Source of the DNA: Candidatus Bathyarchaeia archaeon
GTDB taxonomy: Archaea > Thermoproteota > Bathyarchaeia > Bathyarchaeales > Bathycorpusculaceae
DNA: 16,882 bases
Assembly (NCBI GenBank): GCA_049970895.1
Contig: JBMFMB010000023.1
Coordinates: 1-16,882, forward strand
Direction: 5' to 3'
This document shows positions 14,149 to 16,882 of the stretch, piece by piece. Under the pieces are notes generated by a model. It was not told where the DNA came from. It made no database searches and saw only the letters and a list, made by a program, of their open reading frames with translations. The position numbers and the translations under genes are program-made. The stretch's first letter is position 1, and the number at the start of each line of letters is the position of its first letter.

Positions 14149-16104
14149 TTACGGAGGAAGCATAAACTGTAATAAAATTCTGTAGGCTATTCCTCCTAAA
14201 AGTAAGGCGAGGGCGACATCGGTGATGGTTATTGCTAGGGCTTTTCGCCATCCAAACTCCCTTATCAGTGCGGCGATTGTGGCTATGCATGGAATATAAA
14301 TCATTATGACAAGAGCGAATACAATCATCTGTATGGCTGAAAGCGACTCGAGAGGGATTAACTGTGAAAGGAGGATTAGGGCTAATTCCTTGCGTAAAAC
14401 GCCGAAAATCATTGGGACCCCTGCTTCAACTGGAAGCCCAAGCCAGCCGCTTATTAGTGGCTTTGCCCCGGCAGTTATGTAGTTTATGAAGCCAGTAATG
14501 CTTAAAGCTGTTATTGTTAGGCTTCCAACCACAATTATTGGGAAGGCTATGTATACAAAATCCTTTGTTCTGCTCCACGTTTTGGTTAAAACGATTTTTA
14601 GGGAGGGCTTCTTGTATGGCGGCATCTCCATTATTAAGCCTACGGGTTCTCCCGGCAGGACTTTGAAGGCTATTCTGCCAAGGATGAAGATGAGGATTAG
14701 GTCGAAGATGTAGAGGGCTAGTGCAGCGTGTAAACCAACAAACCTTCCAACAAGCCCTAGGATGACGACTGTTCTGGCGGCGCATGGAACAAGCATAACA
14801 ACAAAGGCTGCTAGGAGGCGTTCTCGCTGTGTTTCCATTATTCTGCAACCTATGCATGCTGGGACGCTGCAGCCGTAACCCAAAATTAATGGTATGAAGG
14901 CTTTCCCATGCAAGCCAATCTTATGCATCAAATTATCCATTAAAAAGGCGGCTCTTGGCAGATAGCCACTATCCTCAAGTAGGGCGAGGATTATGTAGAA
15001 GGGCACGACATATGGAAGGGCTATGGTTATTCCAGCAACTATTCCGCCGAAAACTCCATCGGTTATTAGGCTTCTGGCGGCTTGTGGCAGAAAAGCCAAA
15101 GCTCCCTCAATATGTAATGTGATGCCGCCGAAAAGGGACTCTAAAAACCCGGAAAAGAGGCTTCCGCCAATAAAGATTAGGGAGAACATTGCCAAAACAA
15201 CGCTTACCAAAATGGGATACCCAAGGATTTTGTGCGTTGTTATGGCGTCAAGTTTCTGTTCAAGGCTTATCCTTGGAGGAGCCTCCACAACAGTAACCTC
15301 TTTTGCTATTTTGCTTGCAATAGAATACCTCTCAGAAGCCAGTATGACAGGTGATGGTTCGCCATGCAGTTTTTCCAGTTCCGCCGCCAGCTTTTCGGCA
15401 AACTCTAAAACTTCTGCCCCACTATCATAGTTTTTTAGCTTCCCAGCAACGTCAGTGTCCTTTTCCAAAAGTTTTGTGGCAATCCACCTTGCAGGGTAAA
15501 CTTCACAAAGCTGTGGAAGCTTACGCTCCACCATCTCTTGAAGCCTCTGCACAACTTTTTCGACTTCTGCTCCAAACCTAACCTTTAAGAGCTTAAGCCT
15601 CTTTTCGCCGCTTGCCACCGCAATAACAGTTGTTAAGAGCTCGTTTATCCCGCTTCCAGTGATTGCCACCGTTGGTATAACGGGAACACCTAAAATCTCC
15701 GAAAGTTTTTCAGCGTTTATGCGTATGCCCTTTTTGGCAGCAAAATCCACTTGGTTTAGTGCCATTACTATTGGGGCTTCAAGCTCTAAAAGCTGCAATG
15801 TAAAGTAAAGGTTACGCTCCAGAGCCGAGGCATCAACAACGTTAATTATAATGTCTGGCTTTTCAACGGCAATATAATCCCTAGAAACAATTTCTTCAAT
15901 GGAAAAGGTTGAAAGCGAATATATGCCTGGCAAATCAAGAATGTGTATAGTGTAGCCCTTAAAATGTAGGGTTCCTTCCGCACGCTCCACAGTTTTTCCA
16001 GGCCAGTTTCCAACAACCTGATTTAAGCCAGTAAGCTGATTAAATATGGCGCTTTTGCCAACGTTGGCGTTTCCAGCAAGAGCCACCCTTAACTGCTTAG
16101 TCAT
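14149..16104 (-). CDS. feoB: Ferrous iron transporter FeoB
   Basis: G1 GNANVGKS, G2 NWPGKTVE, G3 DLPG, G4 NQVD. Membrane domain with 'LEDSGYLPRAAF', 'GYGCSVPA', 'PCAAR', 'MEMPPY' and 'YIPCIATIA'. Start is ATG 16104 (overlapping the feoA stop) or 16113. Confidence 0.96.
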   Translation of the reverse strand: MTKQLRVALAGNANVGKSAIFNQLTGLNQVVGNWPGKTVERAEGTLHFKGYTIHILDLPGIYSLSTFSIEEIVSRDYIAVEKPDIIINVVDASALERNLYFTLQLLELEAPIVMALNQVDFAAKKGIRINAEKLSEILGVPVIPTVAITGSGINELLTTVIAVASGEKRLKLLKVRFGAEVEKVVQRLQEMVERKLPQLCEVYPARWIATKLLEKDTDVAGKLKNYDSGAEVLEFAEKLAAELEKLHGEPSPVILASERYSIASKIAKEVTVVEAPPRISLEQKLDAITTHKILGYPILVSVVLAMFSLIFIGGSLFSGFLESLFGGITLHIEGALAFLPQAARSLITDGVFGGIVAGITIALPYVVPFYIILALLEDSGYLPRAAFLMDNLMHKIGLHGKAFIPLILGYGCSVPACIGCRIMETQRERLLAAFVVMLVPCAARTVVILGLVGRFVGLHAALALYIFDLILIFILGRIAFKVLPGEPVGLIMEMPPYKKPSLKIVLTKTWSRTKDFVYIAFPIIVVGSLTITALSITGFINYITAGAKPLISGWLGLPVEAGVPMIFGVLRKELALILLSQLIPLESLSAIQMIVFALVIMIYIPCIATIAALIREFGWRKALAITITDVALALLLGGIAYRILLQFMLPP

Positions 16105-16399
16105 GGGATTCATCCTTAACCGGTTTCACGAGAACCCTTGAGGCCACTCCACGCCCAAGTGCGAGGGCCACGCCTCTAACCTCGATTTCAACTGGTCCAC
16201 CGAAAGAACCCTTTCTCAAAAGTTTAACCTCAACCCCGGGTGTTAAACCCATCTCAGCAAGCCTTCTAACGAGACCGAAGCCGCCTACAGCCCTAACCAT
16301 CACGCCTTTTTCGCCCTCAGCCAAGTCTATTAGGGCGCATAATTCGCCTTCGTTTTTCGCTGCGCCTTGTCTTTTTATGTTTCTTCTATGCCCGAACAT
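16097..16399 (-). CDS. feoA: FeoA family protein
   Basis: 'RRLAEMGLTPGVEVKLLRKGSFGGPVEIEVRGVALALGRGVASRVLV' FeoA signature, directly upstream of feoB. Confidence 0.93.
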   Translation of the reverse strand: MFGHRRNIKRQGAAKNEGELCALIDLAEGEKGVMVRAVGGFGLVRRLAEMGLTPGVEVKLLRKGSFGGPVEIEVRGVALALGRGVASRVLVKPVKDESHD

Positions 16400-16403
16400 C
16401 TTT

Positions 16404-16882
16404 TCACCTTGACGGTTTAACCCAGATGCTTTCAGCCTCTTTGCGGGTTATCGTCTGCTCCTTCCCAGCCACGCATAGCACAATGTCTTTTTTTCGCATC
16501 TTGACTATGTGAACTGGAACGTTGGGCTTTATCCCCTTAACAGCCAATGCGGTGAGGATCTCCCTCCTTTCATTGACAATTTTTGCAACTGTGCAAGTTT
16601 GGTTCATGGCGATGAATGTTAGCGGATAGCATTCAACATCGCTGACCTCACCGCTTTCGGACGGAATGGGGTTCCCATGGGGGCAAAATTTTGGGTAGCC
16701 AAGCCTCCTCTCCAAAAGGGACAGCACATCCTCCGTCAGTGCATGCTCAAGCCTACAAGCACTTTCGTGGACATCGATCCAATCAGCCTCCAAAATGTCC
16801 GTTAGAAGCCTCTCGGCAAGCCTATGCCTCCTAATAATGTTGAGAGCTAGCTTTTCACCATCAGCAGTAAGCCTAACGCCCC
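16404..16882 (-). CDS. DtxR/MntR/IdeR family metal-dependent repressor with C-terminal FeoA-like domain; 5' end lies outside the window
   Basis: The frame is open to the window edge: ...GVRLTADGEKLALNIIRRHRLAERLLTDILEADWIDVHESACRLEH...CPHGNPIP, which contains the DtxR metal-binding motifs. The track's 16793 start is internal. Confidence 0.92.
   Translation of the reverse strand, partial: GVRLTADGEKLALNIIRRHRLAERLLTDILEADWIDVHESACRLEHALTEDVLSLLERRLGYPKFCPHGNPIPSESGEVSDVECYPLTFIAMNQTCTVAKIVNERREILTALAVKGIKPNVPVHIVKMRKKDIVLCVAGKEQTITRKEAESIWVKPSR

Noticed and set aside
14042-14290. 82-aa minus-strand ORF
   Set aside because: It overlaps the feoB 3' end and runs antisense through the tRNA-Ser gene, so it is a shadow ORF.
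828-15581. Remaining short alternative-frame or antisense ORFs in the track (e.g. 828-1070, 2707-3000, 7049-7378, 9788-10036, 11670-11894, 15023-15430)
   Set aside because: They lie within or opposite well-supported genes and show no family motifs.
1-16882. CRISPR array, rRNA, integrase/transposase or defence system
   Set aside because: No regularly spaced repeats, rRNA-like sequence or corresponding protein motifs were seen.

Overview
Archaeal chromosomal window, most likely TACK and Bathyarchaeia-like. That assignment is inferred from rpl14e, cbf5, BHB-type introns, methanofuran genes and frequent TTG starts, not from a search. Left to right it holds: the 5' part of an archaeal HTH regulator; a ~200-bp non-coding element with long terminal inverted repeats (MITE-like); a methanofuran biosynthesis cluster (HisA-like, mfnD, mfnF, mfnE, mfnB); an MFS transporter; purA; a small two-gene unit (Cys-rich microprotein plus Sm/LSm-like protein); a metallophosphoesterase; a 3-methyladenine DNA glycosylase; an Mth938-like protein; an M20 peptidase; rpl14e-cbf5-RsmC-like methyltransferase; a DUF2798-like membrane protein; an intron-containing tRNA-Ser(GGA); and a DtxR-feoA-feoB iron uptake operon. 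The most notable feature is that cbf5, shown as two ORFs in the track, is one gene. It is interrupted by a 39-nt bulge-helix-bulge mRNA intron that splits the catalytic Asp codon and carries an in-frame stop. Second is the MITE-like hairpin element, which appears to sit in a perfect 16-bp CG-rich palindrome with a duplicated CTAG.
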